Shown here one piece after another: positions 1 through 10,205 of a DNA stretch of 64,000 bases. The position numbers and the translations under genes were made by a program. The notes beneath the pieces are model-generated. The model was not told where the DNA came from. It was given only the letters and a program-made list of their open reading frames with translations, and searched no databases. The stretch's first letter is position 1. Every line of letters starts with the position of its first letter. The DNA is from Tubulanus polymorphus (lineage: Eukaryota > Animalia > Nemertea): contig NC_134029.1 of the NCBI RefSeq assembly GCF_964204645.1, positions 3,286,001 through 3,350,000 of the forward strand. The letters run 5' to 3'.

Positions 1-121
1 ACTTTGAAATGTCGTACATGTAGATCATTGAATTTGAAGCGTGCAAAGAGCAAGAAAGTAGATTCAGAAACAACACAACGGACAGATAGATAGATTAGGT
101 AAACGCTGATTTGAGACTCAC

Positions 122-352
122 ATAAAGTCTTTTGTGACCTTTGGCGATGGACTTGAAGTTCAAGACAGTAATTGGTGCCGTTTCACCGAAAAGTCCGATA
201 ACGAATCGACCCTTGTAATCGTCTCCGGGCCCGTACATATCTTTGATTTCAATATCAAACCATGCTTCCGATGTAATTGTGTAGTTATCGGCGTTATCGG
301 CACAGTAGCAAACTGCTACAAGTGCAAACAAGGCTGCAATTTGTGCGTACAT
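122..352 (-). CDS. PPIB: Cyclophilin-type peptidyl-prolyl isomerase (PPIB-like, secretory), N-terminal coding exon B: signal peptide plus first part of the cyclophilin domain; gene continues off the left edge
   Basis: Translation MYAQIAALFALVAVCYCA...TITSEAWFDIEI...GRFVIGLFGETAPITVLNFKSIAKG matches the cyclophilin N-terminal pattern (F-D-I...GR-x-V-I-G-L-F-G-x-x-x-P-x-T-V-x-N-F). Acceptor tttgtag|ATG at 353-354, donor GTGAGT at 121-116, 231 nt, phase 0. Confidence 0.85.
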
Positions 353-388
353 CTACAAATACAAAATAAACACAAAAAATACACTTAC

Positions 389-625
389 TGGACCGCGCGT
401 GTATCCTAAAGTTAAGGCCATAAAGTTCATGACGGTTATCGGGGAAGTTTCGCCGAACAAGGCCACTGTGAATTTCCCAGAGAACGTTTCTCCCTTTTCA
501 GGATAATCGTGAATTCTGACGTCAAACCAGGCCTCATCTGTAACTGTGAAATTGGACGTTCGGGCTGGATTTAGGACACTGGCCTCGACTATCGTTATAA
601 GTAGTGGTAGAGCCAAGAACAGCAT
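389..625 (-). CDS. PPIB: Cyclophilin-type PPIase, paralogous N-terminal coding exon A (alternative to exon B)
   Basis: Translation MLFLALPLLITIVEA...FTVTDEAWFDVRI...GKFTVALFGETSPITVMNFMALTLG is colinear with exon B. Acceptor tttgtag|ATG at 626-627, donor GTAAGT at 388-383, 237 nt, phase 0. Confidence 0.82.
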
Positions 626-1376
626 CTACAAATATATAGACACGACTCGAGTCGTTAGAAGTCTATTATTGAACTTTGATCAGGGTGGAGGGGTGACTAG
701 ACTGGGAACGGTTGCGGGTTGAATTGGAAATAGTTAATTCTGCGAGGGAAACTATTCATACGTTACTAACTATATGATACAGTTTATATACTTATGCAGT
801 TTTGGGACGCGGAATATTCTGCCCAAATACTTTGAAAGCACCTATAACTATATTATGCTATGTATAATTTTTGGTGGAAACTCGAGGGAAGATAATGAGA
901 TAACAATAAACGGGACTCATTTATCGTACAATATATACAACCTTAAAACCTAAGCATTAATCTATGATCTAATACCAACAATTTCATGTGAGGAATCATA
1001 TCGGTATCTTATGATCTAAATCTACTATTCTAAATGTATTCTAAAAGTTATTGTACTTACTTTCCATCATTAGTTTTGCTTAAAAATTCAAATACCCATC
1101 TATCCGAAATTTCAATAAGATATCATCAACATCGAAATATCACATCTTCGAATTTGAAATTCAGAAATTCAGTTCAGCATCAAGTTAGGAGTTTGGATTT
1201 GTAGAAATTAAATGTTTTTCATAAAATCGTAATGATTACAATCGATCAGGGACACAATCTACATAATTTTGGTTAAAAAATGATTAAGATTCCTAATGTT
1301 AAGAAAATGATTTGAATACGTTTAATTCTAAGTTAAATTCGTAATTATTGATAGTCAATTGAAATGAACAGCTTAC

Positions 1377-1530
1377 CTTTTCTGTTTCTGTTTGGTTTCT
1401 GTTACTCTAACTAAAACTACCACTACTTTAAACTCCGCTGCTTAATTTTGAAGTGACTGAATCATCGATGTTCGGCTGCACATATAAAGACGCCTGGCCT
1501 GTAAAACGTGGTCTCCAAAAACCAATCAGT
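1377..1530 (-). promoter_or_regulatory. Probable non-coding first exon and core promoter of the cyclophilin gene
   Basis: Strong donor AAG|GTAAGC at 1376, no ATG in the putative exon, Inr-like TCAGT near 1456-1460 on the minus strand, CCAAT box near 1522. Confidence 0.4.
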
Positions 1531-2515
1531 GCTCGGGCAGCTGTTCAAAACAACCGCTTTCCAGATCATTTTACGGTTGCAGTGATTTTCACGGAGGGTA
1601 GACTAGCTTCCGTTTATCTCGACATGAATCAATCATCTGATGAACTAAACGGCTAAAATTTGGGATAAATAACCCTGATCTTATATCAAGATCTTTACTT
1701 TCGTTTGTTTCATGTAAAGGTTTAATATTTACGGTTTTGTCCGGGAGAGCTAGTGACTGATATTAGTGGGGAAATCACAGCCTGCCCCCCATTTTGGACG
1801 AGTTGATATATCGGGCCGGGTAAATGTCGGGTTGGCAATGTAGATGTGGCGACTAGGACGCGTGGCATAGAAGCCTATGTGTTCCTTATTGATTTCTGTC
1901 GTCAAAAATGGCAGATGTCGTGAAGTTGTCATAATTTCCATCGTTTAGTACAATAACTAACATCACAAATGGTGCATTAAACCAAAGCTGGACACAGTGA
2001 ATAGAAAACCACGTGGAGCCGAAGCTAATATGCCACGAATCAGTTGGTAATTACGTGTTCAATGTGATGATGCGAACGAATAGCTGCTTTAACAAAAACT
2101 GATCTAAAATTTCTCCCTCCAATCTACACGTCTTGATACCCTGAAATCTTTTAATCCTCGTGGCTGAGGAGGTACTGTATAATGGTACTAACTGGTTTTC
2201 AAGTGAGCTTATCACAGCAGATATATCTAAAAAATCAATGCATCAAATACTTGACATTGACCACGACATGTTTTGAGTACATTTATACAAAGTTAACCTT
2301 TTATGTCCGAACCCTTAATCATTGTTGCAAGTGCAACACAGAAAATGAATATGACATGAATATATAAATTGTTGGTTGGATTCTAATTCGAATTAGTTTC
2401 TATCGCAGTATCAGAACTTCTGAGATTTAATTTGTGGTGTTTAGATGAGAAGTGTAATACTTGTGTCCCTCGCTTGATTATTTACTGAATGAACGCATCT
2501 ACTTTTATTCATTAG

Positions 2516-2655
2516 CAGCCTCCGTTAGAGGCTATCAAAAATTGCACTACCGACCTTGCGGTCGTCAGTGCGGGGTATTGGGTATAGTTTTCAACTAGCA
2601 ATAACCACGCCTCGGATAAACCTCATTGGCTATGGTACCGCCACTGCGCAAAGCT
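2516..2655 (-). ncRNA. RNU4: U4 spliceosomal snRNA, copy 1
   Basis: Minus strand AGCTTTGCGCAGTGGCGGTACCATAGCCAATGAGGTTTATCCGAGGC...TTGAAAACT...CCCAATACCCCGC...AATTTTTGA...GCCTCTAACGGAGGC: canonical U4 5' end, kink-turn stem-loop, Sm site and terminal hairpin. Confidence 0.96.
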
Positions 2656-3137
2656 AGAGACTTTCTCAACACTAAAACTATTCATACCAGGCGATCTACC
2701 TGTAGCTGACAGGTGTTTCTTAAGAATTGGGACCCGTTCTTTAATCATAGATATCGATCAAAAAGTGTAAGATAGTGAAGGGCAATATAGACTACAATTT
2801 ATAGAGTAATTATAACACTCAATCATGAAATATATACAAAGAAGCAAGACAATTAAATTCGTGAATTTAGCATTTTTCTTTATTTAGTCTTTATGGTCAC
2901 TTTTAAACCACATAATCCAGTTTTCATGTACATCGAAAATGCAAAATGTGATTCCTATGAAGATGGCGAGTCCGTCATTTAGATGGGACTTCAGTAGATG
3001 ATTAGTTAATCGTGACGTCAGTGCCAACGAGTTTCCTTTTAGATCGATAACAAATGTTGACGTGTTGCACAGATTGAACGGGTTTAATTTCAATTATCTC
3101 ATTACAAAATAAAATAACTTACCATCCATGACATGTT

Positions 3138-3210
3138 GGCTTTGTGGCTAAGCGGTTAAAGCGCCTGTCTAGTAAACAGGAGATCCTGGGTTCAAATCCC
3201 AGCAAAGCCT
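3138..3210 (+). tRNA. trnT: tRNA-Thr (anticodon AGT)
   Basis: Acceptor stem GGCTTTG/CAAAGCC, D-loop TGGCTAAGCGGTTAAAGC, anticodon arm CCTGT-CTAGTAA-ACAGG, T arm CTGGG-TTCAAAT-CCCAG, followed by an oligo-T Pol III terminator. Confidence 0.96.
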
Positions 3211-3824
3211 TTTTTATTTTTCATCAATTCATTGACATCCATACAATATTTTTCCATCAACATTTTGACCCAAAGGAAATCAGGGCGAGTTTATATAGGA
3301 ACAATCTTCATTCTTCCTGTATTTGATCTGAATCTAGGACATTACCCTTAAAATTACCCCCAGACAGTTTGTCCTGTGCATGGATCTTTTGGGACACATT
3401 TTTCTATTGATACAAGGAATCCAAGAGGCAATTTCCATATGGGAGTTACTTGTCTGGAGTAATTTCCTTAAATAAGGGGATGGGTAATATTCGTGAAAGG
3501 CAATCTGTCCTGATATTGGTGACGGTATATATTTGCTGGCTTGATACTGGTACTCACCGGGTTTACACAGATGCTACGGAAAGTTATTTTTTGAACATTT
3601 GAAGAGAAACAATATTCAACGGTTAGAAAACTAAATTTCCAATCGATCGTCATCGCATCGAAGATTGGTCCACACCTCCCTCTCATTGTATTTGCGACCA
3701 GTTGCTTGCCCAACTTTTTTACAACTTACCTCCAAAGCTATGAACACCATCGCGAGGCTGTCTGGTATCGTAATCGAATTCTATCAGTGGTGGGAATAAA
3801 ATTTTAGTCGACAAAACAGTCGCT

Positions 3825-4397
3825 TGAGAGTTGTAGAGTCCAGATGAGAGTTGTAGAGTTCGGATGAGAGTTGTAGAGTCCAAATGAGAGTTGTAGAGTT
3901 CGGATGAGAGTTGTAGAGTTCGGATGAGAGTTGTAGAGTTCGGATGAGAGTTGTAGAGTCCAGATGAGAGTTGTAGAGTTCGGATGAGAGTCGTAGAGTC
4001 CAGATGAGAGTTGTAGAGTTCGGATGAGAGTTGTAGAGTTCGGATGAGAGTTGTAGAGTTCGGATGAGAGTTGTAGAGTCCAAATGAGAGTTGTAGAGTC
4101 CAGATGAGAGTTGTAGAGTTCGGATGAGAGTTGTAGAGTCCAAATGAGAGTTGTAGAGTTCGGATGAGAGTTGTAGAGTCCAGATGAGAGTTGTAGAGTC
4201 CAGATGAGAGTTGTAGAGTTCGGATGAGAGTTGTAGAGTCCAAATGAGAGTTGTAGAGTTCGAATAAGAGTTTACATGAGAGTTGTAGAGTTCGGATGAG
4301 AGTTGTAGAGTCCAAATGAGAGTTGTAGAGTTCGAATAAGAGTTTACATGAGAGTTGTAGAGTTCGGATGAGAGTTGAAGAGTTTACATGAGAGTTG
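3825..4397. repeat. Minisatellite, 20-bp unit (GAGAGTTGTAGAGT[TCGG/CCAG/CCAA]AT), roughly 28 units, degenerating at the right end
   Basis: Direct 20-nt periodicity visible in the sequence; explains repetitive ORFs 3719..4315 and 3784..4143. Confidence 0.95.
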
Positions 4398-4698
4398 AAT
4401 CAAAATACAAACAAATGCTATCGTCGCACCTCTGTTTTATTTTGTATCTCTTAATTATTTGATTGCTTTTTGAGTTGTCAAATGATTTCTCCAAGTAGAG
4501 ATCGACGATAGTCAACATGATGAGGTAAAACTTCGCATTGAATCGCGACGAAGAATAAAATATAAGACCCACAATAACGAGCGCGAAAAACTGAAAATAG
4601 CGTCCTTTTTAGCGTAACCCGTAAATTCGACTTTTAACACATGTAAATACCGAGGAAACAGATGGATGGATTAGTTTCTAATTTTCTTTTTGAAGACT

Positions 4699-4835
4699 GC
4701 CTCCGTAGAGGCTATCAAAAATTGCACTACCGACCTTGCGGTCGTCAGTGCGGGGTATTGGGTATAGTTTTCAACTAGCAATAACCACGCCTCGGATAAA
4801 CCTCATTGGCTATGGTACCGCCACTGCGCAAAGCT
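4699..4835 (-). ncRNA. RNU4: U4 spliceosomal snRNA, copy 2
   Basis: Identical to copy 1 except for the terminal loop (GCCTC-TACG-GAGGC); flanks are not alignable apart from short upstream motifs. Confidence 0.96.
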
Positions 4836-5248
4836 ACCGTTTTTTGTAAACTAAAGCGTTAAGTACCGAGAAACCAATAGTAAATTGATCGGTATATTTC
4901 CATTGAGCGATGAGAGGGCAACAATTTTTGATGCGTTACGGGGAGGGTACATTAAAAAACCAGTTGCTGAATAATTCAAATTCTTAAAGTATTTTACTAT
5001 TTACGTTCGTTCAAGTTTTGCTATAATTACAAAATAAGAGCGTTTTACGGTAGTTTTGTTTCCCCGTATTTCGTAGATCCGTGGATAGATGGCGGCAGTG
5101 TGGTGATAACGACACGGCTAGCGCGCGTGGCTATTGTGACGACGATTAAATCTTGACGAATAACCTGTCGTCTATCGGCAGATCATCCGTCTAGTATGAT
5201 TTTTCTAGTGAATGCTAAATAAAATTTTAGTGCAGCATTGTCGGTTAT

Positions 5249-5559
5249 AGCTTTGCGCAGGTTGGCGGTACAATAGCCGTAGCGGTTTAAAAGGTTTCCG
5301 GGCAGTTCTTCCCTTCGTGATGAAAGGAATCTTCAACTTTAACCAATAATTTGTGGATCGTATGAATGAACGCGAAGAAAATTATCGAGATGATTTGTTT
5401 GAAAATGAATTGTATTTTCTATCTATTTGAATCTAGTAATCTGTTTAATTGCACGTCTCTTCCGCGATTTATTAGGTCAGATATCTACGTAATGATCATA
5501 TATATATATAATACTAGCTTTGTCTAGGTTTTCATGTTTTTGAAGGTCTCTACGGCGAC
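5249..5559 (+). ncRNA. Divergent, internally expanded U4-derived sequence (variant snRNA or pseudogene)
   Basis: Starts AGCTTTGCGCAGGTTGGCGGTACAATAGCC (U4 5' end), contains AACTTTAACCAATA (U4 AACTATACCCAATA), and ends TTTTTGAAGGTCTCTACGGCGAC (U4 Sm site plus cUACGg hairpin) about 310 nt from the start. Confidence 0.55.
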
Positions 5560-6590
5560 GCGCGCTTACGAAGGATACCGTGCTGTCGATACCGTGAAGG
5601 ATCTGGTTCGTTGCGTAAAGGAAATTATATCTCTTGGGGGGGAGGTAACATGAATCAAACTAGAGCGATTTAGTGCGGTATAAATCGAATAATATCGACC
5701 CTACCACCGTGACTGAACATTAGAAGTCACTTTGCGGTGTTATAGGACACGCCGATTTTCAGGAACAAATCATAACAGTAATGATTTTAAGATTTGTATT
5801 ATTTGCAGTATACGGTTGAAAGTCATAATTGGAATTAAGACTAACGGTATATAATAACTGTAAGTATTTCGTGTCCGCTTTCATTTCCATCAACCAGATT
5901 TGTGTGTTTTTAGCTCGGGACCGAATCCTATTCGGCAATGATTATCTCATTTCGCTCCTGTTTACTTTTACTGTTTGCCTCGCAAACATTCCAGTATCAT
6001 GTTATTTCTTGAATGATTTCCATCGAGAGAGCGACGCCTTGGAATCGTTATAAATGAAGAGATCTCGCGAAACGTAGCCTGCCCTCTTATATTATGGACG
6101 AAGAGGGTTGCTGCCAATATTAAGAAGGTGTTTTGTTTACCCTTTAGGCGTTTTATTCATTCTTTAGGTTAGAATAAAGTGCAATTTATTGCGTTATGAT
6201 TTCGTTCGGTTCTGCGTAAATCTGTATATGTAACGCAACACTGATGGAGAAGTCGAACAGGTAATAAATAATATGTCAATTGCCACTTTTCAGATCGCTG
6301 ACAAACAGAGAATGTATCAACGCATGTGGTATAAAACCCGCGATTGTTTATCTGGATGTTATCAAACGAAAGAAATTTTCTGAAGTTTAATATGCATTCT
6401 AATTAAAGCCGGCACGCCTGCTTAATGGTTTCTTAATATTTTTTTCGTTGTTTACATAATCGTCGGTAAAGTTGAGCGCACTCGCTGATGTGCCGGACTG
6501 TCGAGTGTGAACTGGTTTAAGCTGTTCTATAGAGTACCCGAAAAAGTGTAAGACCTCTGGTGATTTTATTTTTTTTTAAACGGTTAAATC

Positions 6591-7859
6591 ATGGCGTTAA
6601 AAACGACGATTTACGTAGTTTTATTCGCGTGCTGCTTCGTGGCGGTCGTGGAGAATAGAAGAGAATTCCGGTCGAAAATCAAACTTGCAAAAGTTTACGT
6701 TCACGACATCGAAACCCTTCATGACAGTGATTCGCACGTGGAACACAATCATACGTCATTGCCGGAGAAAACCGCGAAAATGTTTCATCGTTACGGATAC
6801 CCGATAATCTGGACGATAGGGGTAGTCTGTAATCTGTTGAGTCTTATACTCTGGCTACAGCCGCGTTTGCGTAATTCAACCGCGTGTTATTTCGCCGCCA
6901 TTGCTACCGTAGATATCATCGTTTTGACTCTGTATTTCGTACATTCGATGGAGTTCGGTTTTAATCTACAAACGGTGAACCATCCCGTATTTTGTCAGGT
7001 ATTTAATGTGTTACTAGTCGGTGGTCAGTACTGTAGCGTGTTATTAGTGTTGGCGATGACCGTCGATAGATTCATAGTCGTTTGGTTTCCGTTGAGGCGG
7101 CTGACGATGTGCTCAATTCGAAGAACGCGCAAGGTCATCGTTTTGGTGGTCATAGTATCTCACGCATGCGCTACGTTGGAAATATTCATGTGGAGCTACA
7201 ATCCGCACGATATTCATTGTAAAATCAACTGGCAAACGCACACTGATTCTGTTCATCATATTTCGCCACTGGCCATCGCCAATTTATTCATGTTCTGTCT
7301 ATGTAGCACTTTACCGATTATAGCGTCGATGATCATCAACTCAATGATCATTTACAAAATCCGACAAACTCAACTGAAACGCCGATTATTCTCGTCGGAA
7401 TCACGCGAGTCAGATATAACACCTACTCTTACTCTACTGGGAGTTTCTTCTTATTTTATCATCAGTGAATTTTTCGCTTTCGTGTCTTACATTTTGCACT
7501 TCGTATTCCGACCCGGAAATGCTTCCGTGCCGCCGTCGAAGAGGTTTCTCGACACGGATTGGAATCGCTATCACCACTACCTGATCTCGAACCTGGCCAT
7601 TGAGATGTTCTCGGTGACCAGTTACGCGTTGAACATGTTTTTGTTTTCGTTGACTGGAAAACGATTTCGGCAAGCTTTACGGGCTAAACTTTGTTGTCGC
7701 GAGGAGCGTTCGTCGAAAGAGTTCACAAGCGTGGGACTGGTTTCATTCGCCATGTCATCAGAGAATAGAACTACAGTCGACGCCATTAGTACTGCCGTCA
7801 CGTTAAAAGACGATCGTGGAATAAAACATAACCGGAATTTCATAAAAGAAATTCTTTGA
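6591..7859 (+). CDS. Class A (rhodopsin-like) GPCR, FMRFamide/peptide-receptor-like, single coding exon, N-terminal hydrophobic leader
   Basis: 422 aa ORF with seven hydrophobic segments; TM1 GxxxN, TM2 AIATVD, TM3 C...LAMTVDRF, TM5 LP...N, TM7 ALNMFLF followed by GKRFRQAL helix 8; AATAAA at 7960. Confidence 0.93.
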   Translation: MALKTTIYVVLFACCFVAVVENRREFRSKIKLAKVYVHDIETLHDSDSHVEHNHTSLPEKTAKMFHRYGYPIIWTIGVVCNLLSLILWLQPRLRNSTACYFAAIATVDIIVLTLYFVHSMEFGFNLQTVNHPVFCQVFNVLLVGGQYCSVLLVLAMTVDRFIVVWFPLRRLTMCSIRRTRKVIVLVVIVSHACATLEIFMWSYNPHDIHCKINWQTHTDSVHHISPLAIANLFMFCLCSTLPIIASMIINSMIIYKIRQTQLKRRLFSSESRESDITPTLTLLGVSSYFIISEFFAFVSYILHFVFRPGNASVPPSKRFLDTDWNRYHHYLISNLAIEMFSVTSYALNMFLFSLTGKRFRQALRAKLCCREERSSKEFTSVGLVSFAMSSENRTTVDAISTAVTLKDDRGIKHNRNFIKEIL

Positions 7860-9254
7860 CGCTTTGATAATTCAAATCATCATCGATCTTCTATTTATTT
7901 CTTTGAGCGAATAGTGTTTATCTTTGTTACGTTTAAATTATTTTTCCCCCATTAAAAGAAATAAAAAGTATTGTCTAAATTCTTGTTTAAATTCGATTGT
8001 TTGCTCGACAAGTTTAACCCAACATTGAATGAGACTACCTTAGCACAAAGCTATGTTGAATAGACGAATTAGAATAAGGAGAATACAAGCGTGTACAAAT
8101 ATACAATATTCTTACAGGAATAATGGTCAAAATCTGTGGGTTAATGACGCCGTCGTCTTGGATTAAGTCCTGCAGAAATGTGGCTAGTTTTTGATGAATC
8201 ACATCCTCCTTTGGTTTATCATAATGGCTTTCCCCGGATAAGCTAAATCACCTAGTTTTCCCTTGACTGCTACCAGACTTAATGTTTGCCGCATGCGTAT
8301 AGGATGCTAAAATGAGCTTAGATGTCTTCTTGGAGAAAAGTTGTGAACAACAATGCATTCGGCACGCACGCGTACATAACACGTGAATTTCAATACAGAA
8401 CTTATTGATAAAAATACTGTAGATATATCGGAATCGTTCTAAGAAATTTCAATTTATTGCTATTTCTACGAAGGGGCAGCCGCGGTTATAAGAACGATTG
8501 ATTTGCAAGGTTATCAACACGCAAAATAAAAAAGAATAAATTGCAATGAAGGATGAAAAACAACTAAACTCGCACGGATTCTATATCTTTGAATATCACT
8601 GGCAAAGATAAAGAATTTATAAAACCAATGTTCGTCAATAAACATGTTTTTCGCTTGAATTGTATATTGCTAAGCATATATTTAAACCTCATATATTCAC
8701 CACAAAACATCACGTGTCAAACTATACACAGAGAATGTTTATTCTTATGAACGTATATCATGTACTTCAAAGATTATTTCTATTCACCCAAAATATTCTA
8801 TGACGAAGGAAGAGAAAAGAAACAAAACAGAACTGCGAATGATCTTTATAAAATAAAAGCTACAAGAAAAAAGACTTTGTTATTTTTATTTCATATTTTG
8901 ATACATTTGTTGTTTGTTTGGTAGTCAGAAAGCGTTAATATGTATAATCAGGACTGAAGATGGCACGCAAACGAAAGATGTCTTGATTCAAGTTATAAGT
9001 TTGATAACTTGATTTCTATGTTATCATTCAAACAGTTTGGATCGGTAGAGAATGAGCGTGACGTGAACTAACAGTTCAATTCGTAATTAGGGTTGAATCA
9101 TTGTTTAACTAACTAACCGAAACTTCTCACCGACAGTCTATGACTCGAGGTACTCAATCTGTACTCAAACAATCAGCTAATTTACTCAATTAAAACAGTG
9201 TCTCTTGTATAAAAACAGATCTCCAACACCTCACTTCATCAGTAGTCAACATCT

Positions 9255-10205
9255 CATCTATGTTCCTGGTACAAGTTTAGTGGTAGTTTCAATATTTGAC
9301 TAGCACAGACCTGTGCTGGGAGCACTGAGAGATATTTCAAACTGTGGCACTAACAGAAGCCGAAAGTTGTATGCTAGCTAAGTTTTTATGATTTCCGTAA
9401 CTAGTACTGATCTTGTGCTGGTGAGACTACGACTAATTAGCACAGGTCAGTGCTGGTAACAGCGATCAATACGACTTCAATTATGAATGGAGATAGTAAC
9501 GACATTCTAGTCTAGTATTCATGATTTATATGGTTTTAAATGTTCTTACTAGCACAGGATTGTTGTCTGAAATTTGAGAGAGATCATCTTCTCGAAATCA
9601 AGAAAAAGTTATATGGTCTCCGTGGTCGCCTTCATATTTCTGTTTTGGTCAGATATAAAGAACTAGCACATGAATATGTGGGGATCATTGGGTGGCTGCA
9701 AACTACAGACAACTGGTACAGGGCAGTGCTGGTAACAGAATCTAATTGGTTTATGAGATTTTACCAGGTTTCTGTAACTAGTACCGATCTTGTGCTGGTG
9801 AGACTATGACCAATTAGCACAGGTTAGTGCTGGTAACAGTAAGTAACTGGACTTCAATCATCAATAGAGGCAGTTGTATCATCTTGTTTAGTCTTCCTGG
9901 TATATGTTTAGTGGTAGTTTTGAATGTTTGACTAGCACAGACCTGTGCTGGCAGCATTGAGAGATATATCAATTGGTGGACCAGGATGAATGTTAGGAGT
10001 GATCTAACGTCTATTTCTCCTTGTATCATATGAGGGCCCGTTTTCTTTACAGTACTAGCACCAAATGATACCAGGACAGAAAACACGATTCGACTTGGCA
10101 AATACCGTATAGCGCTCGCAGTTCCCTTCATATTTCTGTTCTGGTCAGATATAAACTACTAGCACATACATATGTGGGGATCAGTGGGTCGCTGAAAACT
10201 TCAGA
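9255..10205. repeat. Composite degenerate repeat region built from three duplicated modules rich in CTAGCAC...GTGCTGG inverted motifs
   Basis: 9255-9345 resembles 9880-9975; 9390-9500 resembles 9767-9875; 9629-9710 resembles 10125-10205. Confidence 0.7.

Noticed and set aside
3719-4315. 198-aa and 119-aa repetitive ORFs
   Set aside because: Translations of the 20-bp minisatellite; non-ATG starts and no splice context.
8946-8988. Hammerhead-like AATCAGGA-CTGAAGA...GAAA...TCTTGATT
   Set aside because: Stem I pairs well, but stem II cannot form and the cleavage position would be UG.
9290-10200. CRISPR-like appearance of palindromic repeats with spacers
   Set aside because: Eukaryotic context, degenerate and irregularly spaced repeats, spacers duplicated, no cas genes.
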